Positions 1-9,500 of a stretch of 29,778 bases of DNA are shown here, piece by piece; the stretch's first letter is position 1, and every line of letters starts with the position of its first letter. Source of the stretch: an uncultured bacterium. GTDB lineage: Bacteria > CSSED10-310 > CAZUFC01. The DNA lies in the NCBI GenBank assembly GCA_964619725.1, contig CAZUFC010000105.1:1-29778 (forward strand). Direction: 5' to 3'. Made by a program: the position numbers and the translations under genes. The notes beneath the pieces were generated by a model. That model ran no database searches. It saw only the letters and a list, made by a program, of their open reading frames with translations, and was not told where the DNA came from.

Positions 1-2
1 CA

Positions 3-194
3 CCCACAATGACCCCGACGCCGACAAATACCCTGTCGCCAACCATGACGCCCACTTCACCCACGCCCACAATCACACCCACACCCACCACGCCGCCCAT
101 ACCCGCTATGAATACGACCGGTTTGCTCTTCCTCATCTCCCTCCTGGGCTTCATCATTATGACTAAACTTTATACCGTAAAAACAAAGAGGTGA
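3..194 (+). CDS. 3' end of a surface protein (5'-truncated by the window): Thr/Pro-rich linker plus IPTL-CTERM-like C-terminal sorting tail
   Basis: The frame is open from the window edge. It reads TPTPT repeats, then PIPAMNTTG, a hydrophobic helix (LLFLISLLGFIIM) and a basic tail (KTKR) before the stop. Confidence 0.85.
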   Translation, partial: PTMTPTPTNTLSPTMTPTSPTPTITPTPTTPPIPAMNTTGLLFLISLLGFIIMTKLYTVKTKR

Positions 195-390
195 AATACC
201 TTACGTATTGATTTGAAATGAATATGAACCGGCGCCTGACTAAGCGTGAAAAAATACAAAGACAATACATGGACAGGCGCCGGCTTGTTCACGAAGAATG
301 ATGGAAGCAGGCGCCGGGAAGCTGGAAACCCTAATCCGGCATCCAAAGCGTATCGCTGTCTTAATTTTAAGCGGCGGTTCACCAGCAGAT

Positions 391-581
391 TCACTGATAA
401 TTTTGTACCCGTACCCGTCCAGGTTGTTTCAGCCTTAGTTCCGACAAAATCGTGATCTCCTGCCGGTAAGACCACGACGGATTAAACCACGCCGCGTCAG
501 CGCCGACCCCTTATAAAAGAAATAAAGTAAGAGCCCGGAAATGTAATAAATGAAATTGCCTGTCCGTAAGTCTTGATTCAT
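391..581 (-). pseudogene. Frameshifted, truncated remnant of a secreted DUF2341-type protein
   Basis: GGAGGGGG RBS precedes an ATG at 581. A signal-peptide-like MNQDLRTGNFIYYISGLLLYFFYK continues, after one missing base in the G4 run (507-510), as GVGADA-AWFNPSWSYRQEITI. That is the typical WxNxSWxYRxxITI start of DUF2341 proteins. A stop follows at 391-393. Confidence 0.6.
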
Positions 582-969
582 CCAATATCCCCCTCCTGGC
601 TTCAGCCGTGATTCCTTGAAAAAACGCTGTTGTTTTTAATCAGGCCAGGTTGTTTAACTGGATGACGTTAAAACCTCATAAACTCTTTCAGTTCCCTGTT
701 TAAAGCCAAAACAGTAAAAATTTCATCCTCACGGAAAACACCTTCAATTCCTGCAGTTGCTGATTAAGCTGAAGAATGCTTTTATCGGCTACATTCGTTA
801 ATGACATCTCCTTTCCGAATTATACGCCACAAGGAGTTGTCTAAAAACGCGCTTTAGAAAATGAAAGCGAGGATTGTTGATTTCTGCTGAGCTCTGGTCA
901 TTTCTTTACTCCAAATTCATCGAGATGTGGTCAGAGCCCTTGGCAGAATGCGGATAATGATTGACGTCT

Positions 970-3900
970 TTATCGCCAACCGAAGCTCACGACATCCATC
1001 TCGCTGAGGATAGTTGCCGTTTGGGCATCCAGCAGTGCAGCCAAGCAGCGCAGCCCGTCGTTAGGCTCCGGGACATCCGGCCATACAAAGTTCAAAATAT
1101 TGTATGATACGGCCCCTGTTTCAATGTCGATGGGAACAGCGTCAAAGCTCCGCTGCCAATTCGGAAACCAGTAATAAACGCCGAAAGCATCCAGCATGAT
1201 CGCCAGGTGTTTTCCATACAGGTTTTGATTTCCGTAATTGACGACTGCTGCCGAAAGAGTGAACAGGTCGCCTTTCTGGAAGAGCTCGCCGGATAAGCTT
1301 AGATCGACTCCCAATTTATCTTTCGGCGGCTGTGGGTAATGGAATCCGATATCCGCTGTCCCAATGTCAGTCACCATGTCCCAGCGCGTGGAAGCGCCGG
1401 CTAGGGAAATTTGACCTTCCGGCGTACTATAACGGCAATCAGCCGCCGATTGGTTGCCTGCGTCCATGCAGGGACTGGTCGCTCCATCGCCTGCGTTCTT
1501 CTGACTCAGGCAATAGCGCCCGAACAATCCTGATCTGAACAGTGGGTCTTGATTTATGTTGCCGGGTCCTGAAAAATCTTCAGTGCCTACATCTGAATAT
1601 GCAATCATCGGCTCGCAAAAAGCTGCGTGAAAGTCATGATCCCTGTTTCCCCAGACGATGGAGTTCAGCAAATAAAAATTACATTTATAATTGTGAATTC
1701 CGCCGAACAACCAATCCGATTCATTATCCGTAACAGTGCAGTTTATCATTATGACGGAATCATCCGATATTCCTCCCCAAATATGCAGGCCGCCGCCGTC
1801 GCTGATGGAGTAATTTTCAGTCACTAAACAGTTAGTAAAAGTATTTGTCGATTCAAATAATGATTCATTGTTATTATCGGAATTTCTGATGAGTATGCCG
1901 CCGCCCTTATCGTCAGCGGCATTTCCTCTTACAATGCAATCGGTAACCGCCACGCTGGTATTGACCAATAGAAGTCCCCCGCCCTGATCAACCCTGTGAA
2001 TCGTATAAAATCTCGACATAACCTCATAACCGGCGTATCCTCCAGTGATGGTCAATCCGTGCAACCTGCATCCCTTTACATCGTAACCAATGACGGTCGG
2101 AGCGGTGTATTCGGCATTTAAAATCGTACCGACAGGATTGGAACTCATCAGGGTTACATGATCGATTAACGGAATGGGAAACGTTTCTCCCGTAGCGCTG
2201 GGTGAATATAGTCCCGGCGCTAATTGAACGACACCTGGAGAATCCTCCGAAGCCCTGATCCTTCTCATCGCTTCACGGATGGTTCGTACAGGCGTCTCAG
2301 GCGTCAAGCCGTCATTTTCATCATGACCTGCAGGATCGACATACTGCAGTGATGTTGAATTCTGCTGCGAACTATTATTTTCCAGTAAAAAGGTTTGCTG
2401 GGGCGCTATGAAATAACTCGATTCAGGTGACCCGTCAAAAAGGTTATTCTTAACTGTTACAAGGTCTTCTGAATACATCAGATGGCAGAGGTCCATCCCA
2501 TAATAGGCCCGATTGCCCGAAAAGACGTTGCTGCAATCGCCGTCGCCTCCGATGACGACGGAATAATTGTTGTATGCGAAATACACGCCGCCGCCCCACA
2601 CGGCTTCATTATCCGATATATCGCTGCCGGTCAGCTCCAGTTCAGCATAAGAGCTCATGTAAATGCCGCCCCCCGAGTGTTTGGCTGCGTTAGCGAAAAT
2701 ATCGCATTGGTCGATTTCATATATTCCATTGAATAGATAGATGCCGCCGCCGTCTTCCTGAGCGGCGTTAGAGGCAATAGTGCAATATTGAATATAACAG
2801 GGAGGCGAGTCCAGGGAAGTCATAAGTTCAATCCCTCCGCCATTCGATGCCTGGTTGTCGAATATTTCGCAATTCGTTATAACAGGTTTATCTCCGCAGA
2901 CCGATATGCCGCCGCCTGAAACGGCTGAATTATCGTATATTCTGCAGTTGTGCAGCGCCGGAATCAAATTGCTGCCCTCCATGTAGATGCCGCCCCCGAT
3001 GGAGGCGACGTTAGCGCAAATATCGCAGCGGCTGATGACAGGACAGGAATTGATACAGCATATGCCGCCGCCCCATGCGCCGAAACCGTTTTTAACGGTG
3101 AATCCGGAAAAATGAGAATTCATCGTGATGCCTTCGTGGAACGATACCGTCGTTTCTATTCCTCCTCCATCAATAATCGTTGCAGCGACGACTTCAGGAT
3201 CGGATGGATCGCTGCTTGATACCCGGACATTGTTGATATGGAAATCCAGATTCTCCTGATAAACTCCTTCTTTAACCACTATATCGTTCACAGATGCCAG
3301 ATTGAGCATGTTCAAAGCGTCCTGGATCAGTCTGTACGGCTCGGTTTCAATGCCCGTCCACGGTCCTTCTTCATTGTCGATATCCACGTGCGCCGGTTGA
3401 TTCGGCTTCAACAGAGGGTGCGTCTTCAATTCAAACTCGATACGATTGGAGAATCCGTCCAGGTCCGTATCGGCATCAGCATCGCTGGGATCGCCGGGAT
3501 TCATGCCGAAAATCGTTTCCCACTGGTCAGGAATCAGGTCCCCGTCAGCGTCTTTCATCTGAATTTTTAAGCTTAATTCCGGATCGCCCAGCAGATTTAT
3601 TCCATAAGCGCTATATCGAAAATTCAGGTCATAGGGAAACATAGCGAAAGTATCTTCACGCGCGTCCTGATGAGCAGCGCCCAGTCGGAGTTTCGGCGAG
3701 AATGCCCCGCAGTCGCGGTCGCCGACCAGTGCATCAACGAATTGCCGGTCCAGAGTTTGCGACGGAGAGAATGTGGATGCCAGTTTACCCAGACCCAACC
3801 TCGAATTGGCTATAACTGCAAAAGCGCCGTGTTCATAAGTGCAGTAAGCTTCCGCAATGCTGTCATTTGTGATGAAACCGCCTTCAAACGTATCATTATC

Positions 3901-5484
3901 GAACGCGCCGGCAAAGCAGCCCTGGGAATAGATCAGGCAGTAGTCGGTGTTGTTTAAAGTATCTACATCCGATCCCGTTGTTTTCATTACCGTTTCCGTA
4001 TTGGCGTGGCCCAGGTGATTGATGAAATGAACGCCGGCATTAATCTCAGCGATGATTGACTGTTTCGACCAGTCCTCTGCAGGATCCGTACGATCATATA
4101 GCCTGTTGACTGTTTCAAAGTGATAAATACAGCCCTGCGTGGACAATCCATGGGCCGTAGAACCGTAATAGGTTTCATTCTTGAGATTGCCGCCCCAATT
4201 GCTGATCCCGTTATGTCCAAGATACTCACCTGCCAGAACAGCGCGGCCCAGATAAGGACTGCCGGATGCCTCATACGCCAGCGTTTTCCTGACGAAATTT
4301 TGCATTTCCTCCACTGAATCTACCGGCGCACGACCCACAAATACTTCGGCGAACATATCCACTTCGCCTCCGCCAGGACCGTCAGGCGGTTCACCGTACA
4401 GCCCATTTGCATTTTCATCAAAAGAACCGTCCAGACATGCGTAATACATGTCGGAGGGAATGTTCGTAGTGTATGTTTCACCTGGAATACCCGCGGTAAA
4501 TCCACGAACCGGCGCTATGTTTTCACCCGTTTCACCGCCGTCTGCATCCCCGCCCAATAAGATGTATTCTGCGCCCCAGCTGCTGTATGCGTCAATTATA
4601 AAATTCCTGATGCGCGTACAATTGTCCTCCTCACCGTCAGGACGTTCGCCAGGATAATTCTCGTATATCCATTCTGTCGATACTACCGTCGAGGGAATCC
4701 CTCCGGCGATCTTTGCATCACATAGCCCCTGAAAACTAAAGGTCCCCGGCGACGACTTCAGCGCTTCACTCGTGATTATAATATATTGATAATTCTCCCT
4801 GGACTGCCGTTGCCGCCAAATATTTTCCAGTTGATCATACCAGTTGAGGTTTTGAGGATTATCAACGCAGTCGTGCACGCGTAAACGGTCTGACAGCTTA
4901 CCGCGGAATACCCTTACACTTTCGGCTCCTTCAAAATCGACAACGTTCGTCGTTACGATGACGCGAAGAACAGCGTAATACCAGTACTCCTTTTGCGCCG
5001 GAATGAATCTCACAGGATGCAAATTGAGAGTTAAAACACGGCAGCCGCATAAATTCTGAATGGAAACCGCACTGTAAAGGGCTGAGGGATATGGAGAAAA
5101 GGATGAGTAAATCGCCTCGGATGGCGAATCCGCCTCATGATCGCTGACCTGGTTTAATGGAATGGATCGCTGACCATAAGCCAAGCGCGTGATGCCCTCC
5201 AGGAAATTCTTTTCACCTGTTTCAACCCTTATTTTCGTTACAGTCGAATTAGGCGGCAATAATATCCTGGCAGCCTTCACCGGCAGTTCCGGCTTGCCTG
5301 CAGCGCCCAGCGTAAAGCAACCGGGAATCTCTATCTTTTGAAAGCCCGGCATTGATGATGAGGAAATCCCTGGTTTCTCAAACGCATATTCCTGGACGAT
5401 CGACTCGCCGGTGACGGTTGTTGACGTAATGAAGAGCGATACAATGACGGCAATAAAAATAATGCCCGTAAATACTTTATTCAT
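970..5484 (-). CDS. Secreted multidomain C25 (gingipain-like) cysteine peptidase: propeptide, catalytic domain, Ca-binding repeat, parallel beta-helix/DUF1565 region, FGW-type C-terminal domain
   Basis: Start placed at ATG 5484, with RBS AGGGAG and signal peptide MNKVFTGIIFIAV. Motifs include propeptide GKPELPV, YILLGGD, PSDMYYA, VGRAP, and the catalytic His (NHLGHA) and Cys (YSQGCFAG). Also seen are DADGDLIPDQWE, many GGGI beta-helix repeats and the DUF1565-like YVDPAGHDENDG..TPETPVRTI..LAPGLYS..GETFPI. Confidence 0.9.
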   Translation of the reverse strand: MNKVFTGIIFIAVIVSLFITSTTVTGESIVQEYAFEKPGISSSSMPGFQKIEIPGCFTLGAAGKPELPVKAARILLPPNSTVTKIRVETGEKNFLEGITRLAYGQRSIPLNQVSDHEADSPSEAIYSSFSPYPSALYSAVSIQNLCGCRVLTLNLHPVRFIPAQKEYWYYAVLRVIVTTNVVDFEGAESVRVFRGKLSDRLRVHDCVDNPQNLNWYDQLENIWRQRQSRENYQYIIITSEALKSSPGTFSFQGLCDAKIAGGIPSTVVSTEWIYENYPGERPDGEEDNCTRIRNFIIDAYSSWGAEYILLGGDADGGETGENIAPVRGFTAGIPGETYTTNIPSDMYYACLDGSFDENANGLYGEPPDGPGGGEVDMFAEVFVGRAPVDSVEEMQNFVRKTLAYEASGSPYLGRAVLAGEYLGHNGISNWGGNLKNETYYGSTAHGLSTQGCIYHFETVNRLYDRTDPAEDWSKQSIIAEINAGVHFINHLGHANTETVMKTTGSDVDTLNNTDYCLIYSQGCFAGAFDNDTFEGGFITNDSIAEAYCTYEHGAFAVIANSRLGLGKLASTFSPSQTLDRQFVDALVGDRDCGAFSPKLRLGAAHQDAREDTFAMFPYDLNFRYSAYGINLLGDPELSLKIQMKDADGDLIPDQWETIFGMNPGDPSDADADTDLDGFSNRIEFELKTHPLLKPNQPAHVDIDNEEGPWTGIETEPYRLIQDALNMLNLASVNDIVVKEGVYQENLDFHINNVRVSSSDPSDPEVVAATIIDGGGIETTVSFHEGITMNSHFSGFTVKNGFGAWGGGICCINSCPVISRCDICANVASIGGGIYMEGSNLIPALHNCRIYDNSAVSGGGISVCGDKPVITNCEIFDNQASNGGGIELMTSLDSPPCYIQYCTIASNAAQEDGGGIYLFNGIYEIDQCDIFANAAKHSGGGIYMSSYAELELTGSDISDNEAVWGGGVYFAYNNYSVVIGGDGDCSNVFSGNRAYYGMDLCHLMYSEDLVTVKNNLFDGSPESSYFIAPQQTFLLENNSSQQNSTSLQYVDPAGHDENDGLTPETPVRTIREAMRRIRASEDSPGVVQLAPGLYSPSATGETFPIPLIDHVTLMSSNPVGTILNAEYTAPTVIGYDVKGCRLHGLTITGGYAGYEVMSRFYTIHRVDQGGGLLLVNTSVAVTDCIVRGNAADDKGGGILIRNSDNNNESLFESTNTFTNCLVTENYSISDGGGLHIWGGISDDSVIMINCTVTDNESDWLFGGIHNYKCNFYLLNSIVWGNRDHDFHAAFCEPMIAYSDVGTEDFSGPGNINQDPLFRSGLFGRYCLSQKNAGDGATSPCMDAGNQSAADCRYSTPEGQISLAGASTRWDMVTDIGTADIGFHYPQPPKDKLGVDLSLSGELFQKGDLFTLSAAVVNYGNQNLYGKHLAIMLDAFGVYYWFPNWQRSFDAVPIDIETGAVSYNILNFVWPDVPEPNDGLRCLAALLDAQTATILSEMDVVSFGWR

Positions 5485-5518
5485 CTGTTTCTCCCTAGAA
5501 ATATCCAACCCAAAATTT

Positions 5519-5547
5519 ATACTACTAATAAAATCGTCATAAAGCAA
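5519..5547 (-). promoter_or_regulatory. Sigma70-type promoter for the C25 gene
   Basis: TTGCTT (5547-5542), 17-bp spacer, TAGTAT (5524-5519). This supports the 5484 start rather than the ORF-track TTG at 5547. Confidence 0.5.
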
Positions 5548-5786
5548 GAAAAATCGAAATGATTAAATACCCGTCATCGACAGGCCGAGATTACGCATGG
5601 ATGTCTGGGTCGAACAGGATTATTACTCATTCAAGTTCAGAACTCCTGAAACCAGGAGGTGAAATAACGAGGAATTGATTTGATACGAATTCGCATCAGC
5701 ACCCAATTTTCATACCTTTGCACCGGAAATCCGTTGATGAAAAGATGAAGTTCTTGCAATGGTTTTTCAGGAGAACATCCGGCTCT

Positions 5787-7511
5787 TCACTCAACCCCAT
5801 CCGATCCCGGTCCTTTAAATATCGACCACAGATCGTCGCTTCCCGCATACTGCAGTAAAATTGTATCACGATATTCCATAAGACGGGATTCGGCCTTCAA
5901 GCCCATGACAAATTCATTTATAAAAGGTGGAGTCATTAATATCAGAAAAAAAATGATCAGCGCTTTTGCCCGTAAAGATTCTTTCCGTATTCCCTGCTGA
6001 ACGACAGCAGAACAATACGATATCAATATCAGAAGGGCCGGAACGGTCGCCCTCATCGCCAGATCGTTGTTTTTTCCAAATTGAAAGGCGGTTGTCGCGG
6101 CGATCAGTACAAGACATATCCAGACTATCGTCGGAATCGAGAATTTAAGAAATCGACACGACAGCAGTATCAGAAAAACAGGAATCAACTCTATGCAAAG
6201 GAAAAACAGATATCTCATCACTCCTTCTTTCAGCACGAGCAGGTTGAACGGAACATGAGTTTTTTTGCCTGCATAAAAGAGAATAATCGTCGCTGTCAGT
6301 AATGCCGTCGCCATTAATTCCCATTTCTTCTTCTTAAAAAAGCGCAACCAGGCAATGCGTCGATTTTGACCGGTTTCTGAATACGCATATTTTAACACAA
6401 AAAAAAGAAATAAAGGCGCCGTTCCGATCCAGCAGAACAGAGAACTCGACAGCAGGAAAACGGACCAGATGCAGATTGGGAAAAGGAGCATTCTGTTTTT
6501 AAATATAAAAAGCACGGCCATTGTGATCAAACCTGATGCGAGATGCTGAGGCGCCCATTGCCACAGGGATATGAATGAGCTTATCTGAGCGAAATACGGC
6601 GTCCACCACTCAGCATGTTCTCCCCAGGCGAAAGGAGAAGGGAACATCCTGAATTTCTGGCCGGTATGAAATATTGAACGCCATGCCGTCAGCCATTTTT
6701 CAGATATACTATGCAGAAGGGAAGGCGTGTCTGCTGATGCCGAAAAAGACAGCAGTTCGTGAAATATGCCCGTCCAGAAATTCAAACCTGAAAAGACTAA
6801 AATAACCGGAAAAAAGTATGACCATGTTTTTAAATTGAAATTTTCGCCGAACAGCCTGACGCAGGCAACGGGAAGAAGCAGCAAACCCAGCGCCATTCCC
6901 GCTGTAAGCCACAAAAGAAAATTGAAAGACAACGCCCAACTGACCGCAGATAAAGGACCCGGTTCAATTAGTTTAAAGAGGATTACAGACAGATAGGTCC
7001 CCGGCAGATATAGAGAATAGTAATATACGAGACGGGAATCCACGAACGGAGAAGAGTATTTTTCCAGGTTGACGATTTGAGGATTCAGAGGATTGGAAAA
7101 CAGGGAATAAAGTATGCTTCTATGCTTCAACCAATCGCCGGTTCCTCCTCGACCCCAGAAAACGCCGGCGTAAGCAGCCGCAAGCAGTCCGAAAAACAGC
7201 AGGAACCAGTCTAATCTTAACCAGTATTCATCATTGCTGTCGAAAATGTCTGATTTAGAAATTTCCCTTAAGGACTTGAGCAAATAATATGTCAGAATCA
7301 AGGCGGCGAGCGTTCTGAACAGTATTCCCGCGGGCAGGGAAATAATAAAAAGAACAGCCGTCAGTCCCAGATAAACAATGGCGCACCGGAGAATGGATTT
7401 TAATTCTGATGCGCCGATGAAAACACTTTTCCCGTAAGTGATTCCAAAAAGCAGAAATATGCTTGAAAAAAGATAGAAAAGAAATATCTTGTAGGCAGCC
7501 GGCAGCATCAT
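5787..7511 (-). CDS. Polytopic membrane protein, probable GT-C-fold glycosyltransferase
   Basis: More than 10 hydrophobic segments. Loop motifs are GDWLKH..IL, LVYYY.LYLPG, QWAPQH and FGKNNDLAMR. ATG 7511 has GAGG upstream; the alternative start is GTG 7550. Confidence 0.7.
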   Translation of the reverse strand: MMLPAAYKIFLFYLFSSIFLLFGITYGKSVFIGASELKSILRCAIVYLGLTAVLFIISLPAGILFRTLAALILTYYLLKSLREISKSDIFDSNDEYWLRLDWFLLFFGLLAAAYAGVFWGRGGTGDWLKHRSILYSLFSNPLNPQIVNLEKYSSPFVDSRLVYYYSLYLPGTYLSVILFKLIEPGPLSAVSWALSFNFLLWLTAGMALGLLLLPVACVRLFGENFNLKTWSYFFPVILVFSGLNFWTGIFHELLSFSASADTPSLLHSISEKWLTAWRSIFHTGQKFRMFPSPFAWGEHAEWWTPYFAQISSFISLWQWAPQHLASGLITMAVLFIFKNRMLLFPICIWSVFLLSSSLFCWIGTAPLFLFFVLKYAYSETGQNRRIAWLRFFKKKKWELMATALLTATIILFYAGKKTHVPFNLLVLKEGVMRYLFFLCIELIPVFLILLSCRFLKFSIPTIVWICLVLIAATTAFQFGKNNDLAMRATVPALLILISYCSAVVQQGIRKESLRAKALIIFFLILMTPPFINEFVMGLKAESRLMEYRDTILLQYAGSDDLWSIFKGPGSDGVE

Positions 7512-7721
7512 TGTTTCGTCAACCTCAATATTGCATTTTATTGAATCCACGGCACAGAGGCATTAATGCCGCGGCAAGGTTCACCGGTTAAATGTACTGA
7601 GCGGCAGGGACATGTGTCAATCGAATCTTTGCTGCCGCTACCTCCGATGCAGGCTAAGATCAGCCGCTCAGGGAAATGCTCATAAGCCTTATTATCGGGG
7701 TTGAAGAAATCGAGGATATGC

Positions 7722-9305
7722 TCAGGGCAATTCAAAAATGTGTCCTGAATCATCCGCTCCATAAACTCGAACATCAAATGTATCTTTCAGATCATAGAAT
7801 TCTTCAGATTGGCGCTTATAACGAAAATTAGTTCCTATGACCGATATTTTTTTTAACTCATCTGGATCAGAGCGTCGGAGGATGTCGATAACGCAATCCA
7901 GCTTATAGCAGACAACCGGGTCCTCAGATTGAATTCTTCTTTTCCAGAAGGCGGCCTCACGACCGAACGGCGTAAAGATGATGGGCATCAAGCCTGTTTT
8001 TTCCTGCCGGTTAGCTGCTTCAGCAGCATAGGCCGCTTTGGCGTCCACAGTGAAATACCAGTGTGTATCGTATAATTTCGACAACCGCTCGGATAAATAT
8101 GACCAATCGTGAGCCGCCAGAGCCAGGATTATTAAAACCGGCAAGGCCGTTGCGAATTTTCCGGGCAGCCGTCGAACGACTCGATACGTGCCGTAGCCGA
8201 ATAGGATAACGGCTGAAGGCCAGAAAACATAAAAGTATTTCAGGTTCGGTCCCGTCAGGGCAAAAAACGCGGAACCGATCAATCCGATAAAAGCGCTCCG
8301 ACTTACAACCGCAGGACAACGTTTTGTAAATGTCGCAGCCAGACCGAGCAGCCAGAACGGCGCCGCAAAAACAGGCAACGGAGCTTTGCCGTACATCAAA
8401 TGAGTCGCTTCGACGAAAAAGTCATTCCTGTATAAATAGAGTATCGGCCATATCAGGGAACATCCCATAAATTCAAAGAAATCCTTAAAGTTCAAATCAA
8501 TGTAATGAGCTCTCCAGAAAAACTGATTAATATCCAACGACGAAACGGTCAAACTGAGGATAAAAATAAAAAGAAAAACTGCGGAGGAACCCACAGGCAG
8601 AAGGAGCTCATAGATGATTCGAGAGCGTTCGTTATGTCCGAAGGAGCGATACAGGCGCTCGATGAACCATACCGTATAGAAAGAAGCGACCGCCGCCCGA
8701 AACGACGAATAAGTAAAAGTTCCGGCAAGCAAAGTCAGAGGTATAACCGTCAAAGCTGTAATGCGTCGTTTCTTCACTGTGATCTCGTCATGTTCCGCTT
8801 TGCACAACCAGTATAATGCCGTAACCAGGAACAGCGGCGTCGCTGCGTTTCGGGTAAGTATCTGATTAAAACAAACGCCGTATCCGGAAACAGCGTAACA
8901 GCCGGCTGTGATCAACGCCGAACGCCAATTATGGAAATGGTTCACGAGCAGAAATAATGCGAGCGCAGTCATAGCAAATATTAAGGCATGGAAAAAGCGC
9001 ACGGGGTTCTCGCTGATGCCGAAAATTCTGAAAAGCGCCAGATTGCAGTAAGGCATCAGAGATTCGATCCCATCCACTTCCCAGGCATCCGTAAAAGAAG
9101 GCGCCAGAAGATAGAATCCGTCCAGAGGCATATTCGCAGCCTGCAGTAATTCCAGGCTTTCATCATTGATGAGTTCGCGATCCGGCAGAAAATGAAAGCC
9201 CAGAGCAATGACGAACGCAAGAAGAAAAATCAATGCAGGCAAAATTGGGCGCCTTTTTGAATCGCATGAATTGAAAGTATTCAATGTGCCGGCGCGGGGA
9301 CTCAA
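7722..9305 (-). CDS. ArnT/PMT-like (GT83/GT39, GT-C) membrane glycosyltransferase
   Basis: An N-terminal TM helix is followed by an acidic NDE motif, then LFRIFGISE.PVRF.HAL, about 11 TM helices and a soluble C-terminal domain. The TTG start is uncertain. Confidence 0.78.
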   Translation of the reverse strand: MSPRAGTLNTFNSCDSKRRPILPALIFLLAFVIALGFHFLPDRELINDESLELLQAANMPLDGFYLLAPSFTDAWEVDGIESLMPYCNLALFRIFGISENPVRFFHALIFAMTALALFLLVNHFHNWRSALITAGCYAVSGYGVCFNQILTRNAATPLFLVTALYWLCKAEHDEITVKKRRITALTVIPLTLLAGTFTYSSFRAAVASFYTVWFIERLYRSFGHNERSRIIYELLLPVGSSAVFLFIFILSLTVSSLDINQFFWRAHYIDLNFKDFFEFMGCSLIWPILYLYRNDFFVEATHLMYGKAPLPVFAAPFWLLGLAATFTKRCPAVVSRSAFIGLIGSAFFALTGPNLKYFYVFWPSAVILFGYGTYRVVRRLPGKFATALPVLIILALAAHDWSYLSERLSKLYDTHWYFTVDAKAAYAAEAANRQEKTGLMPIIFTPFGREAAFWKRRIQSEDPVVCYKLDCVIDILRRSDPDELKKISVIGTNFRYKRQSEEFYDLKDTFDVRVYGADDSGHIFELP

Positions 9306-9471
9306 TTATTCACCCAAGTCAATATCAGATAACTTTTTCAAAAAATGTCTGCAGGAACTGATAATTGTTCATCAATATCTCAGACGGTTCGTTGTTTTTA
9401 TGTGCTGTTCAATTTGCACAGCATACCTTTTCCAGATTCACAGAAAATCCCTCCTCAAAAATCGAGGAGGT

Positions 9472-9500
9472 AATATAACAATGGCGTATTGCGAAGTCAA
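9472..9500 (-). promoter_or_regulatory. Sigma70-type promoter upstream of the glycosyltransferase pair
   Basis: TTGACT (9500-9495), 17-bp spacer, TATATT (9477-9472). Confidence 0.55.

Noticed and set aside
170-475. ORFs 170-475(-) and 246-455(+)
   Set aside because: No RBS or recognisable motifs. They overlap repeats and the better-supported pseudogene frame.
970-1314. T9SS C-terminal domain or autotransporter barrel as the identity of the FGW domain
   Set aside because: It lacks the terminal KxxxK of T9SS CTDs and is far too short for a 12-stranded autotransporter barrel.
5485-5547. ORF-track N-terminal extensions of the C25 genes (to 5547 and 15690) and of fbp (23451)
   Set aside because: Downstream ATGs have better RBSs and, for the C25 genes, start proper signal peptides. 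The 5547 extension overlaps a predicted promoter.
7538-7777. 79-aa ORF between the two glycosyltransferases
   Set aside because: It overlaps the upstream gene's 3' end and shows no recognisable motif or RBS. It cannot be supported, though it is not excluded.
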